Assembly (NCBI GenBank): GCA_032161105.1 | Contig: JAVHTD010000005.1 | Strand: one strand, 5' to 3' | Length of the DNA: 64,000 nt | Origin: Candidatus Thermosaccharophagus tengchongensis | GTDB taxonomy: Bacteria > Armatimonadota > Fervidibacteria > Fervidibacterales > Thermosaccharophagaceae | Shown here: positions 24,511 through 34,061 of the stretch, piece after piece | How the letters are laid out: every line of letters starts with the position of its first letter | Numbering within the stretch: the first letter of the stretch is position 1 | Translations under genes and position numbers: made by a program | Notes under the pieces: generated by a model | Databases searched by the model: none | What the model saw: only the letters and a program-made list of their open reading frames with translations | What the model was told of the DNA's origin: nothing

Positions 24511-25557
24511 ATGACGAAGGTGATAAAGGCAGATCCCAACCTGCCAGTTGAGAGGTTGGTTCTGGAGTTGGGCGAGGTTGCAATGGCTTTGAAGCATGGT
24601 GCGCTTGTCGCATTCCCGACGGAAACGGTTTACGGGCTTGGTTGCGACCCGTTCAATAGGGAAGCTGTTAAACGCGTGTATGAGGTCAAGGGCAGACCGA
24701 GCGGGCGACCGTTGCCATTGCTCGTCTCTTCCGAGAGCCAAGTTAGAGAGCTCGCAAGCGAGATAAGCGATGCGGCGATGAGGTTGATGGAGCGCTTCTT
24801 CCCTGGTGCGTTGACGCTCATTCTGAGGCGCTCAAAAGTGGTGCCGGATGAAGTTTGCGGATATACCGACAAGGTTGGCGTGCGTTGTCCAAAGCACAAC
24901 ATCCCGTTGGCTTTAATGAGGGCTTGCGGGACTCCGTTGGTTGCACCCTCAGCTAACCTGTCTGGGCGCATCTCACCGACGGATGCAAGCGAAGTGTTGA
25001 GGCAGCTTGGTGGTCAAATTGAGTTTGTGGTTGATGGCGGCAGGACAAGCATCGGCATTGAGTCAACGGTTGTGGACATGACCGTTGACCCACCGAGGGT
25101 GATTCGCCTCGGCTCAATTTGTGTTGAAGAGATTGAAGCTGCAATAGGGATGAGAGTTGAGGTTGATGAGAGCGCTATGGTTGGGCGCTATCGCCCGGTT
25201 AGTTCACGCCTTGTGCTAATTGACATTGGCGAGCGTGAGGGGCGAATCAAGGCGCTTAAGGAGCACGCTGCAGCTTGCTTGGGGAGGGGCTTGAGCGTGT
25301 GCTTGATCCTCACTGATGAGTCAGTGCAACTTCTGAGCGCTTGTGGAAACATACCGAATGCAACGGTGCTCAATCTCGGCAGCGAGAGCGATTTGGAAGG
25401 GATAGCATCTCGGTTGTATGAGCGCATTTCTTTCGCCGACAGGGAAAGAATTGATGTGATACTTGTTGAAGCCATCCCAAGGCGTGGCATTGGGGCAGCC
25501 ATTATGCAGCGGCTCATTTCGGCAGCTCATAGGGTGATAAGTAGCAATTCGCGATAA
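24511..25557 (+). CDS. sua5: Threonylcarbamoyl-AMP synthase (Sua5 type)
   Basis: AFPTETVYGLG, KGRP, APSANLSG, GIESTVVD, C-terminal SUA5 domain. Confidence 0.92.
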   Translation: MTKVIKADPNLPVERLVLELGEVAMALKHGALVAFPTETVYGLGCDPFNREAVKRVYEVKGRPSGRPLPLLVSSESQVRELASEISDAAMRLMERFFPGALTLILRRSKVVPDEVCGYTDKVGVRCPKHNIPLALMRACGTPLVAPSANLSGRISPTDASEVLRQLGGQIEFVVDGGRTSIGIESTVVDMTVDPPRVIRLGSICVEEIEAAIGMRVEVDESAMVGRYRPVSSRLVLIDIGEREGRIKALKEHAAACLGRGLSVCLILTDESVQLLSACGNIPNATVLNLGSESDLEGIASRLYERISFADRERIDVILVEAIPRRGIGAAIMQRLISAAHRVISSNSR

Positions 25558-25614
25558 AGCGCTCCGATGAGGGATCAAGGACGCCTTTGGGCAATGGGGC
25601 GGTAGTGATACAGC

Positions 25615-26196
25615 TCATTTGCTCTGTGAGCTTTCCGCTTTCGGATTGACCTTGTAATTTGGCGTGCGCACACCCGTCGGGACATAACCTCTGTCAGTGG
25701 TCAAGTAGATTTGGTCAACCTTGATTCCCGGTTCCGTGCCGATAAGGTAGAATGTGTGCTCGCCAGGCGTTAGCCTGATTTGAACTGTTGAGCGAGGCCA
25801 ATGCCATCTGTTGTATGTGTTGTCCGTGATAACCATTGGGCGACCATCGTCAACTGCGACAGCCACCGAATTGCCGCAGCCGTGAATCCAATATGTGCGA
25901 ACCCAAACATAATAAACGCCACCTTGTGCCACATTGATTTTGTATGTGGCTCGCCCGATTGGTTGATCCTTCTCCTTCTTGAACCACGGTATTTCAACGA
26001 AAGCATTCCCTGAGACCTTCTCCGTCTCGTTCTTCTCAACTTTGGCTATGCGCATCGGCTGCTCTATTGAAGTGACATCCTCGGCTTCAAAACAGATGTA
26101 GTTAGCGGTTTGCGGTGAGCACAACTTGAGCCCAACAAAAGCCAATGTGAGCGATGCAAACAGCCCAATCAATACCACATGCATTCTTGATTTCAT
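25615..26196 (-). CDS. Membrane-anchored or secreted protein with a CBM6/35-like beta-sandwich
   Basis: N-terminal hydrophobic helix, FEAED, YYVWVR, LTPGEHT, VDQIYLT. Confidence 0.6.
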   Translation of the reverse strand: MKSRMHVVLIGLFASLTLAFVGLKLCSPQTANYICFEAEDVTSIEQPMRIAKVEKNETEKVSGNAFVEIPWFKKEKDQPIGRATYKINVAQGGVYYVWVRTYWIHGCGNSVAVAVDDGRPMVITDNTYNRWHWPRSTVQIRLTPGEHTFYLIGTEPGIKVDQIYLTTDRGYVPTGVRTPNYKVNPKAESSQSK

Positions 26197-26336
26197 GAGT
26201 CACACCTCCCGGTGCAGCTTGAGCCTTTGCCATGAATTAGACGACGACAGTTTATACTCCGTTGCGTTAGTGGTGGAGGTTGCACAGCCGTTTAAACCGG
26301 GCACAGAAGCACAACCAGCATCAGCTGCGATGTGCT

Positions 26337-26606
26337 TTAGTCAATGTCAATCGTTGGGGCTTCCTTTCCCTCTGGCGATTCAACTTTGGAGCCAGCCTTT
26401 GAGCTCTGCTGAGTGGACTTAGGTCCAGTGGGACCATAATCCGTAACATGCCATCCCGAACCCTTGAACACTATCGGCACCGGCTTGAATACCTTTCTCG
26501 CAGGTGAGCCACAGGCGGGACATGTGATTTGCGGATGCTCATTTGCGCCATGTTCAACATCAAAGTGATGTTTGCATATGGTGCATGCGTATTCGTAGAC
26601 GGGCAT
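26337..26606 (-). CDS. FmdB family zinc-ribbon protein
   Basis: MPVYEYACTIC...CPACG...VFKGSGWHVTDY; GGAGGTGA SD. Confidence 0.9.
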   Translation of the reverse strand: MPVYEYACTICKHHFDVEHGANEHPQITCPACGSPARKVFKPVPIVFKGSGWHVTDYGPTGPKSTQQSSKAGSKVESPEGKEAPTIDID

Positions 26607-26671
26607 TTGCGATCACCTCCCTTGTTGCCTCCCGCCCGTGTATCACCCTTTGCTTTTATGAGCTGCCCTGC

Positions 26672-27661
26672 TCACGAGTATCGCCACACCTTCAGCCCTT
26701 CAAAGTCAAACTTGAATTGCACGATCACACCGGGCATGTTCCTCAGTGCGTTTTCAACATCTGCTCGTTTCCCGCTCTTCGTGAGGAACACGAGACAACC
26801 TCCCCCTCCGGCACCGCAAGCCTTTCCACCCACGCACCCACTTCGCATAGCTGCATCAAAGATGGATTCAATCTGCTCGTTAGTTATGCTTTCGTGCAAA
26901 GCCTTCTGGCACTCCCAATTTTCGCCCATCAGCTTCCCAAATCCATCTATGTCACCGGATTTGAGCGCATCAGCCATCTCAAATGCGATTTCTCGCATCC
27001 TCACGAGCCACCCTCTGTTCTTGCCCGAAAAATAGTTACCCCACACATGCTCATGCAGCTTTGATGAAAGCCTCGCCTTACCTGTGTCAAACAGGATGAG
27101 CCTGCCCTCAAGCTCACTGATAATGCCCTCACCAAGTTCAAGCCTGTTCACATCAACGCTCCCATCACGGTGAAACACAAACAGGTTAATCCCGCCAAAC
27201 ACTGCCGCATACTGATCTTGCTTTCCACCGATTATCCCCAACTCACGCTCTATGCGATGTGACTTCTCCGCTATGAGCTTGCGCATCTCAAACGACTCCA
27301 CATCTTCGTTTATCGCCTTGATCAAAGCAAGCCAGAGGGCATTTAAAGCCGCACTTGTGCCCAAGCCCGAACTCGGTATACCGGCTTTATACGAGACCAT
27401 CGTCCCTCTGACTTCCTTACGAGGTAGCTCATCAGGCTCACCTTCGGTTGCCTCACGCTCAGCGTCAAGCAAACTCCCGCCCGTATCAAGCACGCCAGTA
27501 ACATAAGCCGGACGAAGTTGTCCCGTTGCGTCCGGGATAAGTGGCACAATCGCTGCATTAAGCGTTGCACCACCCTCGGGCTCGTTCTCGTAAAATTCTG
27601 GTGTGTCAGTCCAAGGTCCTCCGAAGTCTATTCGCACCGGTATGCGTGCCTCTATGCGCAA
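26672..27661 (-). CDS. GHMP sugar kinase (HddA/fucokinase-like)
   Basis: PVRIDFGGPWTD, SGLGTSAA, GGKQDQY, GGKACGAGGGG. Confidence 0.85.
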   Translation of the reverse strand: MRIEARIPVRIDFGGPWTDTPEFYENEPEGGATLNAAIVPLIPDATGQLRPAYVTGVLDTGGSLLDAEREATEGEPDELPRKEVRGTMVSYKAGIPSSGLGTSAALNALWLALIKAINEDVESFEMRKLIAEKSHRIERELGIIGGKQDQYAAVFGGINLFVFHRDGSVDVNRLELGEGIISELEGRLILFDTGKARLSSKLHEHVWGNYFSGKNRGWLVRMREIAFEMADALKSGDIDGFGKLMGENWECQKALHESITNEQIESIFDAAMRSGCVGGKACGAGGGGCLVFLTKSGKRADVENALRNMPGVIVQFKFDFEGLKVWRYS

Positions 27662-27708
27662 TTAACTCACCTCACTGAGCTAAGTTGTGAAGCGATGCCA
27701 CTGAGTTT

Positions 27709-29484
27709 TCATTTTACCAACTGGCGCGCGTAGCGCTTCAAGTCGTCAAGGATGTAATCTGACTTCAAATAAACGCCGTCAACTTGCGATGACTTGAGAT
27801 ACACATTGCTCTTCGTCTCATCATGAGCGCCGATTGTGAGCTTGATCTCTTTCCCCCTCTTAAGCCATGCTGTTGCCACAAGCTGCGGCTTATCAAAGCC
27901 ATACTTTTCGACCTCACCGGTTGTGCCGACATACTTATCGGCGCGCACTTGCTCAATCGTCCACAATATGTTACTCATGGCAGTGCTATCGGCGTTGGCG
28001 CGCTTAGGCTTGGTAACTTCCCAGCTATTACCGCGCCGTTCAACGAACACTTGCTTTCGTTTTCCGTCCTCAAGCCATTCAATTGCCAATCGCTCAACAT
28101 CATCGCGCTCAAGGCGCACAATTTCAAGGTTGCGCAACTCATCCACATCCTTGCACACCTTCTCAAGTATGTCCGATGGGACTTCGCATACAGTTTCTTG
28201 GTCAGCAGCCTTCGCAAACACTTTCCCGCCATCTGCCTTCCCAATTAGCAGTCTCATTGTCCTTTTTTGCTTTCGGTCATGCAGCTCAATTACGGCATGT
28301 GGCTTGTCCAAGCCATATTCACTGAGCTCCTTTGGTTGGTTTACGAAGCTTTTAGCCTCAAGGTCATGCACATCCCAGAGCAGGTTTGTCACGGTCGTAT
28401 TATCGGCGCGCATTTTCACCGGCTTGATCATTTCCCAATCTTCACGGTCACCGCTTTTTCTTCGCTCAAGCTCAATCTCCTTGCCACTGTGGACGAGCTT
28501 CAACCTGTCAATTTCGCTTGTGTCAAAGGCGAGCAGTCTTTTTGAGCGCAAGTCATTGAAGCGCTTTCTGACATCGTTTAGGCTTGACTCGTCTACCAGG
28601 AAGACGGAACGCCCAGAGGATGAACGAGCATACACCTTCGTGGAATCTTCAGCTGACTTGCCTCCGACATGCAGCTTAAGCGGCTGTTTTCGTCCCTTCA
28701 ACCACACCTCGGCAATAAATGATGGTTTCTCCAGCCCATACTTCTTCAGGGTCTCCTTAGTTGGCTTGTCATCCACGAACTTGGAAGCTTCAATCGTTGA
28801 AAGCTTATCAAGAGCAGTGTTGATTGAGCTTGAGTCAGCGTTTGTGCGCAATGGTTTTACTATCTGCCACTCATCACCCGACCGTTCGCACACTATAGTC
28901 TCGTCAGGATGCCTGAGCACCAACCTTTCAACTTTTTCCCTGTCAAACTTCATCACCCGTTTCTCGCGAATCTCATCAAGCCCTTTGAGGGCATCGTCAA
29001 GCAGCATGCTGTCAACTACAACTGGCTTGCGCTTATCCTCACGGTAGGCATATGCGTAAAGTGCATCGGGTGTCTTTTTTGCGAGCACAAGCTTATACTT
29101 TTTCCCACCACGCAACTGGATTTCAACCGCTCCCTGTGGCTCTCGGAAGCCAAACTCCTTTCTCTTCAATGCGTCTTCCTTCAGCGTTAGCTCTACTTTC
29201 ACCCGCTTAAGCCTGTCAAGCATGAACTTAACTGTATCGTTATTTGCCGGGGCATTTACTGGCGAGACGATGCGCCACGAATCCTTACCGACACGCTGCA
29301 GCGTGATCCTCTTTCGCTCCTTCAAATTGTGAAGTTCAATCCTCTCAATCTTGTTCGGGTCAACCGACCAAAGCGCTTTTCCTTCGGGAGCCGGTCCGCG
29401 CTCAAATAGCAAAATCCAAACACCAAGAGCTATCGCTAAGGCAAGCAGCAGTAGCGTCCCTTTCATGCCGCGCATGGGAAACAA
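27709..29484 (-). CDS. DUF4340 repeat protein
   Basis: N-terminal TM; repeated W.I..P....AD and YGL.KP units; sits after a GldG-like gene. Confidence 0.85.
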   Translation of the reverse strand: MFPMRGMKGTLLLLALAIALGVWILLFERGPAPEGKALWSVDPNKIERIELHNLKERKRITLQRVGKDSWRIVSPVNAPANNDTVKFMLDRLKRVKVELTLKEDALKRKEFGFREPQGAVEIQLRGGKKYKLVLAKKTPDALYAYAYREDKRKPVVVDSMLLDDALKGLDEIREKRVMKFDREKVERLVLRHPDETIVCERSGDEWQIVKPLRTNADSSSINTALDKLSTIEASKFVDDKPTKETLKKYGLEKPSFIAEVWLKGRKQPLKLHVGGKSAEDSTKVYARSSSGRSVFLVDESSLNDVRKRFNDLRSKRLLAFDTSEIDRLKLVHSGKEIELERRKSGDREDWEMIKPVKMRADNTTVTNLLWDVHDLEAKSFVNQPKELSEYGLDKPHAVIELHDRKQKRTMRLLIGKADGGKVFAKAADQETVCEVPSDILEKVCKDVDELRNLEIVRLERDDVERLAIEWLEDGKRKQVFVERRGNSWEVTKPKRANADSTAMSNILWTIEQVRADKYVGTTGEVEKYGFDKPQLVATAWLKRGKEIKLTIGAHDETKSNVYLKSSQVDGVYLKSDYILDDLKRYARQLVK

Positions 29485-29487
29485 CTT

Positions 29488-31038
29488 TCACCTCCGAGAT
29501 AGCCATACAGCTACCCCAGCCATTAACGCAAGCAAAGGCAGGATGATCACGCTCCACAAAAAGACGAAGAGTTGCTGCCTCGTTGTCGGTATGAAGGTAT
29601 CCGGTGGCTCTTCCCTTGGCTTTATCTCTATGAGCTCTTCCTCTTGGGCGAGCCAGTTGATCGTGTTGAGGAAGAAATCAGCGTTGTAAAACGCGGACAC
29701 ATATTGGTTGCTTGCGAAGTCGGAATCACCAATTAAGACGAGCCTCGTTTTCTTTTCGCCCTTTGCTGGTGACGATGGCGCTACAGCAAGAGCTATTGTG
29801 AACGGTCCACGCTCATCCTCTTTCGTTGGGGCAATGTTCTCTGTGAGTTCCTTCTTCAGCCATGCCTCGGATGTGGTCTTAAGTAACTCTGTCACTGTAA
29901 ATCCCGTCGGGGCTTGTTCGCTCTTCTTCAGCGCGGTGCACTCAGCCAAAAGGAGTGCATTAGCCCTCGCCTTCATGAATGGGCGAGTTATGTCATGAAA
30001 CTCAAAGTTGGCTATAAGGAGCACCCTCGGGTCTCTCGCCAGTGTGACTATGTCAAATACATAGCCGCCCCTCACCTCAACCCCATACTCCTCAAGTATC
30101 TCGTTCATGTGCTGGCTCTTTGGGTCAACCATGATTAGCGCTTTTCCGCCTCCCTTCAAATAGCCCTTGATTGCCTCAACTTCCTCCGGCATGAGCGGCT
30201 TTTGTGGTCCGGCAACGATTAGCACATCGCAATCCTTTGGGACTTGCTGCTTGCGCATCAGCTCAAGCCCTTCAACCCTATACTCAAGCTTCTCAAGGAA
30301 ATCTTTGAGCCTGCTATAGCCTTCGTCATCGTAGCTGCTATAGCTGTGCTCACCGTGCCCTTGAAGGAAGTAGACTTTTTTCTTCCTCTCACGCGTGAGC
30401 TTGAGTATGGCGCTCGTAAATTCTTGTTCGCTGCCGAAGGAGACGACTTCCCGTTTGCCCTCGCACTCAAATACGACGGTTGATGTTGATGTCACGCCAT
30501 ACTTCTCGGCGAGCAATGGGTTATCCCTTGGGTCCACAACAATTGCCCTCACATTTGGGGAGGCATCGTCGTAGCTTTTGAGCAGGTCTCTCATCCGCTC
30601 AAACTCAAATGAGTCACGCCTGTAAAAGCCCACAATCGTCACCTTCTTCTTCAACCCCTTGAGTATCTTGAGTGTCTGTGGCGATAGCGTGTGGCGCTTT
30701 GTCCTCGTCCAATCAAACCTTGCATGGTGCCTATCGCCAATCCAGTTTACCATGACCATGATCGCGGTCATGAGGAGCACACAAACGATGGCGTTTGTCC
30801 CCATCCGCCCCCTCCTCGTTACAAGGAACGAAAGTATCGCCTCGTAATTTGCAGCGATGGCGATGATGAGTGAGCATGCACCAATTACAGCCACAGCTAT
30901 CCACAACCAGCTTAACTTCGCGTGCTTCCACGCCATCTTCATCGTTATCCCGCTTATGAGCAGTGCGAGCCCAAATATGACCAATGTGAATGTCCATTGG
31001 CGCAGTTTGAGCCGTAATGACTCCATCATGAAGGGCAC
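29488..31038 (-). CDS. GldG-like ABC auxiliary component
   Basis: DWTRTKRHTLSPQT, VYFLQGHGE, IGDSDFASN, NWLA. Confidence 0.88.
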   Translation of the reverse strand: MPFMMESLRLKLRQWTFTLVIFGLALLISGITMKMAWKHAKLSWLWIAVAVIGACSLIIAIAANYEAILSFLVTRRGRMGTNAIVCVLLMTAIMVMVNWIGDRHHARFDWTRTKRHTLSPQTLKILKGLKKKVTIVGFYRRDSFEFERMRDLLKSYDDASPNVRAIVVDPRDNPLLAEKYGVTSTSTVVFECEGKREVVSFGSEQEFTSAILKLTRERKKKVYFLQGHGEHSYSSYDDEGYSRLKDFLEKLEYRVEGLELMRKQQVPKDCDVLIVAGPQKPLMPEEVEAIKGYLKGGGKALIMVDPKSQHMNEILEEYGVEVRGGYVFDIVTLARDPRVLLIANFEFHDITRPFMKARANALLLAECTALKKSEQAPTGFTVTELLKTTSEAWLKKELTENIAPTKEDERGPFTIALAVAPSSPAKGEKKTRLVLIGDSDFASNQYVSAFYNADFFLNTINWLAQEEELIEIKPREEPPDTFIPTTRQQLFVFLWSVIILPLLALMAGVAVWLSRR

Positions 31039-31118
31039 ACCCGTTCACCCCCGTCATGCGTGCTTGCTTCCGATGCCAATACCCTGTCACAAGCACAGTT
31101 TGAGCAATTGCAGCCCGT

Positions 31119-31916
31119 TCATCTCCAGAGACGGCTTTCAACCGTCCTCACCGTGAAGTAGAGAGCCAAGAAGGTAAAGGTGATGTAAAAGACGATATGC
31201 TTGGTATCAACCAAGCCCTCGGCGAAGTCCTTGTAACGGTGATATAGGGATATGCGTTGGAAGAATTCGCTCCAACCGCTCAGCCCCTCCGCTGGCCAGC
31301 TTATGATGTAGAGCATCAGCAGTGTCCCGAATGTGGCAACTGCAGCAATTATCTGGTTGTCAGTTGTTGCTGACCAAAATGTTCCGATGGAGAGCATGAC
31401 AGCGCCATAAAGTAGCAGCCCAATGTATGCGCTCCAATATGGACCTAAATCTGGATTGGCAATGCGTTTGACTATGAGTGGCACATACAGGGTCAGCGAG
31501 AGCGTAATGCAGAGCACGATGAACGAGCCCATGAACTTGCCGAGGACAGCCTGCCAGTCGCTGACTGGTGATGTGAGTAGCAATTCAAGCGTCCCGAGCC
31601 TCCTCTCTTCAGCGAATAGCCTCATCGTCATCATCGGCACGATGAACATGAGTATGACGGCGACATCCCAGTAGAAGTAGCGCATGTCAGAGGTGCGCCC
31701 AACCATGAAGATGGCAAAAAATATGTAGCCGCATAGAACGAGGAAGAAGATGAGCATCGCATATGCTATCCACGATGTGAAGAATGCTTTAACCTCACGC
31801 CACGCTATTAGCCAAACAATGTAGAGCCATGAGCAAAAGCAATGAAGCGCAGTTTTCAACCTTTGGCTTACGCCCGTTCTTGTTGCCGTAGCTGACTCTA
31901 TAGCTGATGCACCCAC
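31119..31916 (-). CDS. GldF-like ABC-2 permease
   Basis: TMRLFAEERRLGTLELLLTSP, NQIIAA. Confidence 0.9.
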   Translation of the reverse strand: MGASAIESATATRTGVSQRLKTALHCFCSWLYIVWLIAWREVKAFFTSWIAYAMLIFFLVLCGYIFFAIFMVGRTSDMRYFYWDVAVILMFIVPMMTMRLFAEERRLGTLELLLTSPVSDWQAVLGKFMGSFIVLCITLSLTLYVPLIVKRIANPDLGPYWSAYIGLLLYGAVMLSIGTFWSATTDNQIIAAVATFGTLLMLYIISWPAEGLSGWSEFFQRISLYHRYKDFAEGLVDTKHIVFYITFTFLALYFTVRTVESRLWR

Positions 31917-31931
31917 ACCAATGCACCTCGC

Positions 31932-32873
31932 TTACACCTTCACTCCCTCTTCACGAGTGATGATGTTGAGGAAGATCTCCTCAAGCGTCATTTCATCTCG
32001 GCGCAGCTCAAGTAATCCCCACCCATGGTTAACCACATGTTCGGCAATCATCGGTCGTATGTCCGTTCCGGGGCGCGCTTCAACTGCCAACAGGTTGTTT
32101 TCGCCATGCACCCTCTCAACCCTCACGACGCTTGGCAAACGCTCAAGTGAGCTCACCGCATCATCCGGGATGCGCTGCAACCGCACAAGTATGCGTTCGC
32201 TCTTCCTCAATCTCCTTTCAAGCCCATCTGGTGTATCCTCAGCGACAATGCGCCCTCTGTGTATGATTAGAACCGTTTTGCATGTCATGCTCACTTCCGG
32301 AAGGATATGGGTTGAGAGGATGACAGTGTGGTCATTTCCCAGCTCCTTTATGAGTTGGCGCACCTCAATGACCTGTATTGGGTCAAGTCCGATGGTCGGC
32401 TCATCAAGTATGAGCACCGGCGGGTCATGCACGAGCGCTTGCGCAATGCCGACGCGCTGCCTGTAACCCTTTGAGAGCGTTCCAATGATGTTATCAACGA
32501 CCTCTTTCAAGCCGCATCTTTCAACGACATAGTCAACTCGCTCCTTCCTTTTTCCTTTCGGGACGCGCCTTATCGCAGCCATATAATGGAGGTAGCTTCG
32601 GACGGTCATCTCGTTGTATAGTGGGACTGTCTCAGGCATATAGCCTATGAGCTGGCGCGATTCAATTGGGTTCTCAATGACATCGTATCCGCCCACCTTT
32701 ACAGTCCCATCAGTTGGGCTCAAATAGCCGCAAATGATTCGCATTGTCGTTGTCTTGCCAGCACCATTTGGTCCGAGGAAGCCAACCACTTCGCCCCTCT
32801 TAACAGTGAATGAGACATCGTCGAGGGCTTTAAGCGTGCCGTAATACTTTGTCAGGTGGTGCACTTCTATCAC
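31932..32873 (-). CDS. GldA-like ABC transporter ATP-binding protein
   Basis: GPNGAGKTT, LSKGYRQR, ILDEPTIGLDP. Confidence 0.93.
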   Translation of the reverse strand: MIEVHHLTKYYGTLKALDDVSFTVKRGEVVGFLGPNGAGKTTTMRIICGYLSPTDGTVKVGGYDVIENPIESRQLIGYMPETVPLYNEMTVRSYLHYMAAIRRVPKGKRKERVDYVVERCGLKEVVDNIIGTLSKGYRQRVGIAQALVHDPPVLILDEPTIGLDPIQVIEVRQLIKELGNDHTVILSTHILPEVSMTCKTVLIIHRGRIVAEDTPDGLERRLRKSERILVRLQRIPDDAVSSLERLPSVVRVERVHGENNLLAVEARPGTDIRPMIAEHVVNHGWGLLELRRDEMTLEEIFLNIITREEGVKV

Positions 32874-33187
32874 TTCTCATCCCCTCGCAGCCATTCATTT
32901 ATGCCATCCACAGCCTTCCTCATGTCGGTATAATGCATCTGTCGGGCAGTGAAGGCATCTCATTAGACTCTTAAGATGCAGCTGGCTGTGTTTCTTGATC
33001 CAGCTAAAAATTGGCTGCGTTGCCGTTTTCACAGCGCCCAAGCTTAGTAAGATGCGCCTTAATGAGTGAAGCTGACTTGCGATTCGCAAGTTGCAGAGTG
33101 AGGTTAAAGCATTGCTGAGCGAGCGCCAACAACTTAGTTTAGCACTTGAATTTGCGGATGTAAAACCGAGCATTGGGGTGATTTGCC

Positions 33188-34018
33188 ATGCCATCATGGC
33201 AGCCATTCTTGGAAGCCAAGGATGGGCTTGATGGCAGAGTTGTCATTGTTGGCATGCCCTGGGATGGCTCATCAAGCTTCCGAAGGGGCATGCGCCACGC
33301 CCCGGATGCCATACGGATGGCATCTCACAGCTTGGAAAGTTACAGCCACATTTTCCGGCTTGACTTGCGCGGTTTTGAGGTGGCAGACTTGGGCAATATG
33401 CTATTGCCACAATCCCATGAAGGGGTCATTGATGCGATCTCGTCGCTCATCTTCAAGCTCCATTCGCAGGGTAAGCGCACAGTCTGCATTGGCGGCGATC
33501 ATTCAGTCACGGTCGGAATAGTTGACGGCTTGCTCAAAGCCTATAAGGAGTTGCGTGTCATCGTTTTTGATGCTCACTCCGATTGGCGTGACGAATATGA
33601 CGGCTCAAGGCTGTCTCACGCATGCACGGTGCGCAGGTTGACCGAGCTTGTCGGCATTGACAATGTTCTCGTCTTCGGGGCTCGCTCATTCGTCGGTGAT
33701 GAGCCGATGGGGCTTTATCGCGACATAAGCGAACTTCCGTGGTTGGTAACTCCCAATGTGCCAACCCATATTAGCATTGACTTAGATGTGCTTGACCCAA
33801 GCATCATCTCGGCGGTCAGCAACCCGGAGCCAAATGGGCTGCACTTTCATGAGCTTGTGGGCGCAATACAAAAGCTGCGCATCAGGGGTTGCTGTATTAA
33901 CTCAGTTGATGTGGTTGAGCTATGTCCGCAACTTGATTTCGGGACAAGCGCAATCGTAGCAGCGAGGCTCATCGTTGAGTGCATACTTGGATTGCTTTTG
34001 TCAACCCCGGTTGGTTGA
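33188..34018 (+). CDS. speB: Agmatinase (ureohydrolase family)
   Basis: GGDHS, FDAHSD, SHAC, SIDLDVLDP, PEPNG. Confidence 0.82.
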   Translation: MPSWQPFLEAKDGLDGRVVIVGMPWDGSSSFRRGMRHAPDAIRMASHSLESYSHIFRLDLRGFEVADLGNMLLPQSHEGVIDAISSLIFKLHSQGKRTVCIGGDHSVTVGIVDGLLKAYKELRVIVFDAHSDWRDEYDGSRLSHACTVRRLTELVGIDNVLVFGARSFVGDEPMGLYRDISELPWLVTPNVPTHISIDLDVLDPSIISAVSNPEPNGLHFHELVGAIQKLRIRGCCINSVDVVELCPQLDFGTSAIVAARLIVECILGLLLSTPVG

Positions 34019-34061
34019 AGGCGGATTCCAAATTTCAAACGGCGCGGTTGAGGTGAGGCAT

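Noticed and set aside
27836-29047. 403-aa plus-strand ORF
   Set aside because: Ser/Phe-rich antisense shadow of the Lys/Glu-rich DUF4340 gene; no motifs
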